The position numbers and the translations under genes are program-made. Below the pieces are notes generated by a model. It had not been told where the DNA came from and searched no databases. It saw only the letters and a list, made by a program, of their open reading frames with translations. This document shows, one piece after another, positions 53,989-63,081 of a DNA stretch of 64,000 nucleotides (the first letter of the stretch is position 1; each line of letters starts with the position of its first letter). Source of the stretch: an uncultured Pseudomonadota bacterium (GTDB lineage: Bacteria; Pseudomonadota; Alphaproteobacteria; Rhizobiales; Xanthobacteraceae); contig CAWEYJ010000023.1 in assembly GCA_963813165.1 (NCBI GenBank), forward strand, positions 60,361 through 124,360. Reading direction: 5' to 3'.

Positions 53989-54012
53989 GATGAGGTCTCC
54001 GGGAAGCCCGGC

Positions 54013-54147
54013 TCAGGCGCTCAAACGCTTGCGGCCCCGCGCGCGGCGCGCGGCGAGAACCTTGCGGCCACCGGTCGTCGCAAGGCGGGCGCGGAAGCCG
54101 TGACGGCGCTTGCGCACCAGTTTGCTGGGTTGATAAGTCCGCTTCAC
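54013..54147 (-). CDS. rpmH: 50S ribosomal protein L34
   Basis: (V/M)[20 protein letters not shown]. Confidence 0.98.
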   Translation of the reverse strand: MKRTYQPSKLVRKRRHGFRARLATTGGRKVLAARRARGRKRLSA

Positions 54148-54724
54148 GGGTCGTTCTCCGCTGACCGGGCAATTTGCCGAGGAATGAGATAAGTCCGTTA
54201 ATGCTGGCCGGCCTAAACAGGCCGTTTCCGGCCCAAATGAGCCGCCCCGGTCGGACCGGGCCATCGCGGACAGTTGGCGCGGCTTATACGGGAGCGACCC
54301 GTTTTCGTCAATGCGGCGTGGCGCCCTTCCGCGGTCCTTTGAAACGGCGCAATTCCGGTGAATATATCGACAGTTGCGGTGTTTTCAGTGCGGGGATGGC
54401 GATGCGCGATCCAGCCTGCTGCGGCTTGGGCCGTATTTTGGACCGTGCTATCGCCAAACCGGGCAAAGTTGGATCGGTCTGGCGTTGGCCGGGAACCGGC
54501 AGACATGATCAAACTGTAATTTGACCGGTTCCGGAGCAAGACGCATCGTCAAACCGGCGAAATCGGACGTGTCATCGGCAAAACGGCAACCCGGTTTTGC
54601 GTCCGATCGCGCGCCAAAGTGCTAAAAGAGCGCGTGATCCCGCCGCCAAGCCGCTTGCCGCCTTCGGGTCAGCTTGTGGGCATGTTTTGGCGGATCAGGT
54701 GCGACGGCATCGAAGGCAGAGATC

Positions 54725-56203
54725 GTGTCAGTGACCGAAGAACAGCCGACATCCGGATTGCCGCGGCCAAGGCCGGCGCGCCGGCTTGGCCTGTCCGGCA
54801 AGCTGTTGTTGCTCACCGTTCCGCTGGTGATGATCGCGGGACTGCTGATCTATGTGCCCGCGATCGCCAACTTCCGGATGAACCGGCTGAACGACCGGCT
54901 GGCGGCGGCCAACACCGCGGCGCTGGTGCTGGATGCCGCCCCCTCGGGCATGGTTCCGGATTCGCTGGCGCGGAAAATCCTCGACAGTATCGGTGCGCAC
55001 GCGGTCGCCATCAAGATGGGCCAGCAACGCCGGCTGCTGGCGAGCGCTGATTTGCCTGCCTCGATCGATCATGACGTCGACATGCGGACGATGACGGCAT
55101 GGTCGGCGATCGTCGATTCCTTCGAGACCATGCTCGAAAGCGGGAATCAGGCGATACGCATCATCGGCCCGGCGCCTGGCGGCGCGGAGTTCATCGAGAC
55201 CGTGGTCGACGAGGCGCCATTGCGCGCGTTGATGTACCGTTTTTCCCGCAACCTGCTGCTGGTATCGATGGGAATCGCGATGCTGACGGCCGGGCTGGTC
55301 TATATCGCCCTGCATTTTCTGTTCGTGCGGCCGATGCGGCGGCTGACCGCCAACCTGGTCGGCTTTCACGAAAATCCCGAGAGTTCGGCGCGGATCATCG
55401 TGCCCAGTCAGCGCGGCGACGAGATCGGGGTTGCCGAGCGCGAATTGTCTGCGATGCAGCGCGATCTGGTGTCGATGCTGCATCAGAAGAGCCGGCTCGC
55501 CGCCCTTGGCCTTGCGGTGTCGAAGATCAACCACGATCTGCGCAACCTGCTGGCATCCTCGCAACTGCTTTCGGACCAGCTCGCCAGCGTGCCCGATCCG
55601 CGGGTGCAGCGCTTCGCGCCGAAACTGATGCGTTCGCTGGAACGCGCCATCGCGTTCTGCCAGTCGACGCTGTCCTATGGCCGCGCGCAGGAGGCCGCTC
55701 CCGACCGCCGGATGATCCTGGTCGATCCCGTCGTCAACGAGGTTCGCGAATCCGCAGGGCTGGCGTCGGATGCGTCGATCGCCTGGATCAGCGCGATCGA
55801 GCGCGGGCTGACCATCGACGCCGATCCCGACCATCTGTTTCGCGTGATGCTGAACCTGGTGCGCAACGCAGCGCAGGCGCTCGAAGGCCGGCCGAGGAGC
55901 GACGCCGCGACCCAGCAGATTCGCATCACCGGGCGTCGCGAGGGCGCGGTCGCGATTGTCGAGGTTTCCGACACCGGCCCGGGCGTGCCGGCGAAGGCCC
56001 GCGATCACCTGTTCGAGGCATTCCAGTCGTCGGGCCGGCCCGGCGGCAGCGGGCTCGGCCTTGCGATTGCCGCCGAACTGGTCCGCGCCCATGGCGGCGA
56101 CATTCATCTGGTGGAGGGCACCATCGGCGCCACCTTCCGGATCACGATTCCGGACCGGCCGGTGGAACTGATGAGCGTGCGCAACGAACGGGCGCGGGCG
56201 TAA
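54725..56203 (+). CDS. Membrane sensor histidine kinase (HAMP-HisKA-HATPase), no adjacent response regulator
   Basis: SKINHDLRNLL, NLVRNA, DTGPG and GSGLGLAI; start codon uncertain. Confidence 0.92.
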   Translation: MSVTEEQPTSGLPRPRPARRLGLSGKLLLLTVPLVMIAGLLIYVPAIANFRMNRLNDRLAAANTAALVLDAAPSGMVPDSLARKILDSIGAHAVAIKMGQQRRLLASADLPASIDHDVDMRTMTAWSAIVDSFETMLESGNQAIRIIGPAPGGAEFIETVVDEAPLRALMYRFSRNLLLVSMGIAMLTAGLVYIALHFLFVRPMRRLTANLVGFHENPESSARIIVPSQRGDEIGVAERELSAMQRDLVSMLHQKSRLAALGLAVSKINHDLRNLLASSQLLSDQLASVPDPRVQRFAPKLMRSLERAIAFCQSTLSYGRAQEAAPDRRMILVDPVVNEVRESAGLASDASIAWISAIERGLTIDADPDHLFRVMLNLVRNAAQALEGRPRSDAATQQIRITGRREGAVAIVEVSDTGPGVPAKARDHLFEAFQSSGRPGGSGLGLAIAAELVRAHGGDIHLVEGTIGATFRITIPDRPVELMSVRNERARA

Positions 56204-56410
56204 GGCCGAATGCGGCGGGTTTTGACGGCATTTGGCTGCTCCTTCGGCACCGCTTCCGGCCCCGAAAGACCGGCAGAGGGCCGTTTCCGGAGCTTGCCAA
56301 GCCCGGCCGGAGCCGGTAGCTATGGCGCGCTTTCGTGACCTTTCGAAAAATGTCTTGCGAATGCATGCGGCATCGGTGGGCCCTGCGCCCTGAAATGCTT
56401 AGCGAAAAAC

Positions 56411-56487
56411 GCGCCCGTAGCTCAGCTGGATAGAGCACCAGACTACGAATTTGGGGGTCAGGAGTTCGAATCTCTTCGGGCGCGCCA
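56411..56487 (+). tRNA. tRNA-Arg (anticodon ACG)
   Basis: 77-nt cloverleaf, GCGCCCG acceptor stem, TTCGAA T-loop, CT-ACG-AA anticodon loop, encoded CCA. Confidence 0.97.
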
Positions 56488-56587
56488 GCATCTATCTGCA
56501 ATAACTTCACTTTTGGTTGTCTGCTAACCGCTTTGCTTCCACGAAGCCAGTGCGCGGAAGCAATATGGAAGCAGCTGGACTCTCAAA

Positions 56588-56833
56588 TTAGTGATTGAGC
56601 GACCTTCGAAGTCCAGTCATCGCGCCACGATATGCCCCGTAGGCCGTGGCAAATGGGCCGGTAGCAGAACCGTCCGGCGAAGAGCCGCGGCGGCGCGTCA
56701 ACCAGAACCAACCAGCGCCGTCCCTGCCGAACGTCTCCAGTGTGCGGTCCGCGTAGAACACTTCGATGCTGATGCCGGTCTCTGGGACGATGTCGTGGAG
56801 CGGCTCGTGCTGTAGGGCTTGCGGGGCCTTCAC
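56588..56833 (-). CDS. Small hypothetical protein coupled to ardC
   Basis: 81 aa; GTG start overlaps the ardC TGA (GTGA); GWFW and GPFAT motifs. Confidence 0.7.
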   Translation of the reverse strand: MKAPQALQHEPLHDIVPETGISIEVFYADRTLETFGRDGAGWFWLTRRRGSSPDGSATGPFATAYGAYRGAMTGLRRSLNH

Positions 56834-57716
56834 GCCGCCCTCACTGCCGACTCGGCAAGCGCCAAACCGCGCAGGTAGTCTGCCGCCTTGGATGCCTGGC
56901 TGCAGGCTGTAAAGAATGCCCGCTTGTCGGCCTTCAAGAGCTCAATCCAGTTGGCGATGTAGCTCGCGTTCCTGACCTCGCCGTTAAAGCCAAACTCAGC
57001 ACACAGGAAGGCGGCGCCCAGTTCAGCAATTAGCTCCTCTGCTGCGTAGTTGCGTGTGCCGAACCGGTTTTCCAAATCGCGATCAAGACGCGCTTTGTGT
57101 CCCGTCCAATGCGTCAACTCGTGAAATGTCACGTTGTAAAAGCTGTCCGCGCTCCTGAAAGCGGCGAATGCCGGCATTGAGATGAAATCCCGGTTGGGGA
57201 CATAGCAGGCTTCCCCGCTGCCTTCGCGGATGTCCGCGCCAGTCGAGTGCAAGAAGTCGTCGGCAAGCTCATCGCGCACGTCGGGATTGCGAACGCGCAC
57301 TGGCTTCCCCGTCATGACGCTATCGGGAAGGTTTTCGCACTGGTCCACATTGAAAACCGTATACTCGCGCACGTCGGGATCAGGCGGGTTGACGTGCTAT
57401 CGTCCGCGCCTTGGTCGCGAACCTGCAGTTGCTTCACGAAGTAGACCTTCGTTCCGCGCTCGCCCCTGCGGACGTTGCCGCCTAATTCCAAAGCCTGCTT
57501 AAACGTCAAAAAGCGCGGCGTGCGATAACCGCCCGCTGCCCCTTGCGCCATCCACAAAAGCACCACGTTGCATCCAGAGTAGGGCCGGTTGCTGACAGCG
57601 TTGCACGGTGTATTCGCGCCGGGTGTTGCGGACCATGGCTTGATCCAGGGGGCTGCGCCCCGCTCCAACTCGGCGATAATGCGCGCCGATACCTCCGCGT
57701 AGAGATCGGGTTTCAT
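56830..57716 (-). pseudogene. ardC: ArdC-family ssDNA-binding antirestriction protein, frameshift at about 57373
   Basis: IKPW, YSGCNVVLLW, LTFKQA...GGNVRRGERG, VFNVDQ, zincin HELTHW and YAAEELIAELGAAF. Confidence 0.88.
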
Positions 57717-58084
57717 AGATTGCCTCGCTGCAATGGCTGCTGCGACCATGATCGGCCGCGTTCCATAGCCGCGTTGGGCAGGCTCTACGTTTGCGTCAGG
57801 CGGGGAGCGCAAACCTATCCCCCGGGGAGCATGGAAAGGCCCCCGGTTCCGTACGCTATGATGTAAGAGCGTCGCCGATCTCGGCAACTAGCCCAACGTC
57901 CGGCTAATATTTGCAACGTAAACGGTCGGCGGAAACGCCCCATAAACGTTCGAGGATCTGCCTGTATTTTAATCGTTTGATACTTGGCAATCCGGCAATG
58001 AATTATTGCTTTGTTGCCCAGTTCTGGCAGCATTGTGTGTCAAGGGGACAATGTGACGCAATGCCAAACCCGCGGAGGTCGGCC

Positions 58085-58753
58085 GTGAGATTGATTGGTA
58101 TTTTGCTTTCTCCCTACGTTCGCCGAGTGGCGGTTAGCTTGAACATCTTGAAACTGCCATTTGAACATGAGAGCGTTTTTGTATTCGGGGAACCCGACGT
58201 CGTTCGACACTACAATCCGCTTGTGCGTATCCCCGCACTGGTGCTCGACGACGGCGCAAATCTTGTCGAGAGCGGAGCGATCCTTGATGAGATCGATCAC
58301 ATGGTTAGTCCTGCGCGGCGTCTGACACCAGACGATAGCCCGCTGCGACGGCGCGTCTTGCAAACCGCGGCAATGGCGCTCGGGTGCGCGGACAAGGCCC
58401 AGTGGGCATTCTATGAAGATCGTGTAAGGCCGGTGGAAAAGGTCCACACACCTTGGATCGAACACAATGACAGGCAAGTGCTCGGCGGCTTCGAACACCT
58501 GAATATGGCCGCAACGAAGATCGACAACGGCGGTTGGATTGCCGGAACGCCGCATATTAGCCAGGCGGACGTGACAACCACCGCCGCTTTCACTTTTGCC
58601 AATCTTGCCCGACCTCACCTGGAACTGGCAAAACGATTTCCTCAGCTATCGCGCTTTGCTGAACGTTGCGAAGCGTTACCCGCATTCCTAGAAGCTCCAC
58701 TTCCCACATACTCCCAATTGAGAAGCCTGTTGTCTAAGCCATTCGTCTCTTAA
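58085..58753 (+). CDS. Glutathione S-transferase family protein
   Basis: SPYVRRV, NPLVRIPAL and LVESGAI; GGAGG RBS before the GTG. Confidence 0.88.
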   Translation: MRLIGILLSPYVRRVAVSLNILKLPFEHESVFVFGEPDVVRHYNPLVRIPALVLDDGANLVESGAILDEIDHMVSPARRLTPDDSPLRRRVLQTAAMALGCADKAQWAFYEDRVRPVEKVHTPWIEHNDRQVLGGFEHLNMAATKIDNGGWIAGTPHISQADVTTTAAFTFANLARPHLELAKRFPQLSRFAERCEALPAFLEAPLPTYSQLRSLLSKPFVS

Positions 58754-58763
58754 GGCGTTATCC

Positions 58764-61649
58764 TTGGGCACTGAAAGTGAACTTGCCGCGCCGGATCACA
58801 CGATCTGGTTTGGACCGTTTTGCCTTTGGCCGACGGCGCATCTTCTGCTTGAGGCTGATACTCCCGTTCATATCGGCGTTCGTGCACTTGACCTCTTGAT
58901 CGTTTTGGTTGAGCGGGCGGGCGAGGTCGTCACTAAGGACGAATTGTTCGCTCGTGTTTGGCCGGGCCTTACCGTCGATGAGGGCAATCTCAGAACTCAA
59001 GTGGCCCTCGTGAGAAAAGCCCTTCGCGATGGCCAATCTGGTGCCCGTTACATAATGACTGTTCCCGGGCGCGGCTATCGTTTTGTTGCGCCTCTCTCAA
59101 CCATGGAGACCCCCAAACCTATCAGGCCAAGAGCTTCTCCTATCGAATTTGCATCCGGTCTGCCTGCCCGGCTAACACGGTTGATCGGCCGCGCGGACGC
59201 TGTTAGCGACATCGTCGCGCGATTAAGCAAACGTCGCTTCGTAACAATCATCGGGCCGGGCGGGATAGGCAAGACGTCAGTCGCCTTCGCTGTCGCCGAA
59301 CAAGCGGCGATTTCATATGACCACGGAGTTTGGGTGGTGGACTGCGCACCCCTCTTAGGCACGTCTTTAGTCGCGCAGAAGCTGGCTTCAACGCTCGGTC
59401 TTGAGATTGCCGTCGACGACCAAACTCGTGGGCTGGTTGCATTCCTGCACGGTAAGCGGATGCTGATCGTCTTGGATTGTTGCGAGCGAGTTGTCGAGGC
59501 CGCTGCCGTCCTGGTTGAGAACCTTCTCAAAGGCGCCGCGGGCGTCAGTATCTTGACGACGAGCCGTGAACCGCTCCGAGCAGAGGGCGAGGTTGTCTAT
59601 CGTCTCCCTCCGCTTGAAGTTCCTCCCGCACCAATCGACTTGACTGCGAGCGGTGCGCTCGCTTACCCCGCCGTTCAGCTTTTCGTTGACCGTGTTACAT
59701 CAAGCGTCCGCGGATTCGAACTGACCGATACCGATGCCCCGGTCGTCGCCGACATCTGCCGTAAGCTCGACGGGATCGCGTTGGCGATCGAACTGGCGGC
59801 CGGGCGCGTCGACGTATTCGGATTGAGGGGCGTGGCCGCGCGATTGGACGACCGGGTCCGCCTTCTGACCCATGGCCTACGGACCGCACTTCCGCGGCAC
59901 CAAACTCTCGCCGCTACACTCGATTGGAGCTACGACGCCCTTCTGGAAAACGAACAGGCAGCCCTCCGTCGGTTGTCCGTGTTCGCGGGAAGCTTCACGC
60001 TCGATGCAGCCCAGGCGGTAGCGGCCGATGGTTTGATAGTCGCGTCCGATATTGTCGAGGTCGTGGCGAGCTTGGTCTCGAAGTCTCTGTTGAATGCCGA
60101 TGTCACAACAGCAATCGGCCACTATCGTCTGCTCGACACGACACGAGCCTATGCATTGCAAAAGCTCACCGAAAGCGGCGAATTTGACCAGACTGCCCGG
60201 CGACACGCCAAGTATGTCCAACATTTGCTCGATAGGGCGAGCGCCGATGCGACGACGTCATCATCGATGGCCCCGGCAGCGGGGCTGTCTGCAGAATCAA
60301 AACTCGTCGATGAAGCGCGAGCGGTGATAGACTGGGCGTTCTCGTCCGGCGGCGACATCGAATGTGGTATCGCGCTCACCGTCGCAAGCGTCCCCTTGTG
60401 GACCCATCTCTCTCTTAACGGGGAATGCTGTCGGTATGTGGAACAAGCCCTGCTCGCAGGCAGAACGATTTTTAGACAGAATGACCGCCGGGAAATGCAG
60501 CTGCTGGCCGCGTTGGGTGCAGCGCTCGTCTGGACAAAGGGACCTGGACCGGAGGCAGACGCGGCCTTTATGAGCGCGTTGAAAATCGCCGATTTACTCG
60601 ACGACGCGGACTACCAGATTCGTCTTCTTTGGGGCTTGTGGTCCAGCCACTTCAATAGCGGTCGCATTCGGATGTCTCTTGGTACCGCAAAACAGTTTCG
60701 CGACGTGGCCGCGAATTGCGGCGACGCGGCGGCGGCGCTCGTGGGCGAACGCACTATCGGAATGTCGCTATTTTATCTCGGCGACCATACCAATTCACGT
60801 CTTCATGCCGAAGCGATGCTTCGTCGTTACTCCAGACCGAGAGATCGGTCGCACATCCTCCGTTTTCAATTTGATCCGCGTATTGTGTCTCGAACATTGC
60901 TTTCGAAACTTCTTTGGGCGCAGGGATTTGCCGATCAAGCGATGTCCGAGGCTCATAGCATGGTCGAAGAAGCCACGACCGTTGGTCACGCGATGTCGCT
61001 CGCTCTCGCTCTGGCTCAAGGTGCATGCCCCGTGACACTTCTGTCCGGCGATTGGACGGCGGCGGAGCATTTCATCAATCGGTTGCTCAAACATACGATG
61101 GAGCATGCACTGGGCCTTTGGCATGCCTGGGGCACGTGCCTCGGTGCCATGCTGCTCATAGCGCGTGGCAGAAGCGACGAGGGATTGAAAGCACTTAACG
61201 CAACTCTCAACGAGCTGCCTCAAGGTACGTTTTTCACGCACTACGCAGGGATCCACGCAACATTGGCGGAGGCGCTCGGGAGGGTTGGCGAGATATCGAA
61301 GGGACACGCAACCATCGACGATGCGCTCATGCGGTCTGAACGCGATGAAGAACGCTGGTACCTGGCTGAGTTTCTGCGCATCAAAGGCGAGCTTTTCCGA
61401 CTTGAGGATTTGCCGGGTGGGATGCGAGAAGCCGAAGAACAGTTTCGACGCTCGCTTGTCTGCTCCCGGCAGCAGGAGGCTGTCTCGTGGGAATTGCGGA
61501 CGTCCATAAGCCTTGCGCGATTATGCCAATCGCAAGGACGATTTGTCGAAGCTCGGGACGCGCTTGCACCGGTCTATAGTCGGTTCAAGGAAGGCTTTCA
61601 GACTGCGGATCTAAAGGCAGCCACGGCTCTCCTAGAAACGTTGCTCTGA
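58764..61649 (+). CDS. Winged-HTH + STAND/NB-ARC ATPase + helical-repeat regulator
   Basis: TVPGRGYRF, LIGR, GPGGIGKT, VLDCCE, TSRE, LDGIALAIELAA and C-terminal WELR. Confidence 0.9.
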   Translation: MGTESELAAPDHTIWFGPFCLWPTAHLLLEADTPVHIGVRALDLLIVLVERAGEVVTKDELFARVWPGLTVDEGNLRTQVALVRKALRDGQSGARYIMTVPGRGYRFVAPLSTMETPKPIRPRASPIEFASGLPARLTRLIGRADAVSDIVARLSKRRFVTIIGPGGIGKTSVAFAVAEQAAISYDHGVWVVDCAPLLGTSLVAQKLASTLGLEIAVDDQTRGLVAFLHGKRMLIVLDCCERVVEAAAVLVENLLKGAAGVSILTTSREPLRAEGEVVYRLPPLEVPPAPIDLTASGALAYPAVQLFVDRVTSSVRGFELTDTDAPVVADICRKLDGIALAIELAAGRVDVFGLRGVAARLDDRVRLLTHGLRTALPRHQTLAATLDWSYDALLENEQAALRRLSVFAGSFTLDAAQAVAADGLIVASDIVEVVASLVSKSLLNADVTTAIGHYRLLDTTRAYALQKLTESGEFDQTARRHAKYVQHLLDRASADATTSSSMAPAAGLSAESKLVDEARAVIDWAFSSGGDIECGIALTVASVPLWTHLSLNGECCRYVEQALLAGRTIFRQNDRREMQLLAALGAALVWTKGPGPEADAAFMSALKIADLLDDADYQIRLLWGLWSSHFNSGRIRMSLGTAKQFRDVAANCGDAAAALVGERTIGMSLFYLGDHTNSRLHAEAMLRRYSRPRDRSHILRFQFDPRIVSRTLLSKLLWAQGFADQAMSEAHSMVEEATTVGHAMSLALALAQGACPVTLLSGDWTAAEHFINRLLKHTMEHALGLWHAWGTCLGAMLLIARGRSDEGLKALNATLNELPQGTFFTHYAGIHATLAEALGRVGEISKGHATIDDALMRSERDEERWYLAEFLRIKGELFRLEDLPGGMREAEEQFRRSLVCSRQQEAVSWELRTSISLARLCQSQGRFVEARDALAPVYSRFKEGFQTADLKAATALLETLL

Positions 61650-61809
61650 GAAGAAAGGACCGCATAGGGTAGTGACCTCGCTGAAGGGCTAAGAACGAAA
61701 ATTGCAAATCTGTTCCGGCACATAGCACCTTGAATCCACAAAAATTCACAACGATTGATTAGGGGACGGCCGCCGCGGCGTGCAGAATAAAGGGCGCGTC
61801 GAACGGAAA

Positions 61810-62796
61810 ATGGAAGTCCAAATGAACGAGACCCTCCCCTGGCAGGCATATAATCCGCCGCTTGAGCCCGCCACGCGGGAATTCGTTGATGGACTCACGG
61901 CATCCAGCTTGCCAATCAGTGAACTTACAATAAACGCCGCGCGCGCTGCTCTGGTTGCGATGCAAACGACGCCGACCGGCAAACCCATTACGGTTGCCCA
62001 GCGAATTGTGGCCCCAGTCGGACCGAAGGGCTCCGTTTTTTTGCATCTCGTGCGACCCAAAGAGCATCGCAATCCCCTGCCCGCCGTCATATTCCTCCAT
62101 GGAGGAGGGTGGGCCCTAGGAGACGCGACCACCCATGATCGTCTCGCTCGCGAGCTTGCTGTCGGCGCTCGCGCGACGATCGTGATCGTCGAATTCAGCC
62201 GCACTCCCGAGAGCGGCTTTCCAATCGCGATTGAGGAGGCATACGCTGCCACGAAGTATATCGCTGATAATCCCGCATCTCTCGGCGTTGATGGATCTCG
62301 TATTGCCGTGGTCGGGGATGGCAGTGGTGGCAATATAGCAGCCGCGATAACGTTGCTGTGCAAGGAGCGCCGAGGCCCGAGAATAAGCTTTCAAGTTCTT
62401 TTCTATCCAGTAACCGGCGCAAATTTCGAGACCGCTTCCTACCGGACTTTCGAAGGAGGTCCCTGGCTGACCAAGCAAGCCATGGAGCAATATTGGGGCG
62501 TATACATCCCAAGCAAGGTAGACCGCGAAGTCATCACCGCAGCACCGCTTAACGCATCCGTCGACCAATTGCGGGGGTTGCCCGATGCTTTGATCATCAC
62601 AGCAGAAAGTGATGTCCTTCGCGACGAAGGTGAGGCTTATGCGCGAAAACTTTGTGAAGCAAATGTGCGCGTAACCTGTACACGCTACCTTGGCACTATT
62701 CACGACTTCGTCATGTTGAATGCGATCGCAGATGCGCCAGCAGCGAGAGCTGCAATAGCGCAGGCCACAAATGCTCTCCGTGATGCTCTGGATTGA
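61810..62796 (+). CDS. HSL-family alpha/beta hydrolase with a non-canonical nucleophile motif
   Basis: HGGGW, GDGSGG, ESDVLRDEG and IHDF; the start may be 61822. Confidence 0.88.
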   Translation: MEVQMNETLPWQAYNPPLEPATREFVDGLTASSLPISELTINAARAALVAMQTTPTGKPITVAQRIVAPVGPKGSVFLHLVRPKEHRNPLPAVIFLHGGGWALGDATTHDRLARELAVGARATIVIVEFSRTPESGFPIAIEEAYAATKYIADNPASLGVDGSRIAVVGDGSGGNIAAAITLLCKERRGPRISFQVLFYPVTGANFETASYRTFEGGPWLTKQAMEQYWGVYIPSKVDREVITAAPLNASVDQLRGLPDALIITAESDVLRDEGEAYARKLCEANVRVTCTRYLGTIHDFVMLNAIADAPAARAAIAQATNALRDALD

Positions 62797-63081
62797 GTAG
62801 GCCGCCGCAAATCTCGACATCGAGACAAAGCTAACTGAAGGAAGTGCATCGCTGAGATTAGGAGTTCAACGAGGGCCTAGCCCAGACCATTTGCCCGCTC
62901 GCTAACTCGGTCGTCGCGCCGGACGGCTCGCCGGCGGTCGGGGACCCGCGGGACAAGCCTCCTGATCCAATCGTGCGACTTAGCTCCTCGAGATTCTAAC
63001 TGGTTCAGGTTCTTACGTCTTGCTCAGGTAATTCGACCGCAATCCGGTCCATCCTCAAGCCAAATTTTGAGGGTAGATTAA

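Noticed and set aside
54148-54724. Small RNA or ORF in the 570-bp rpmH-kinase gap
   Set aside because: No recognisable RNA motif; the ORFs are not protein-like; divergent promoters can account for the space
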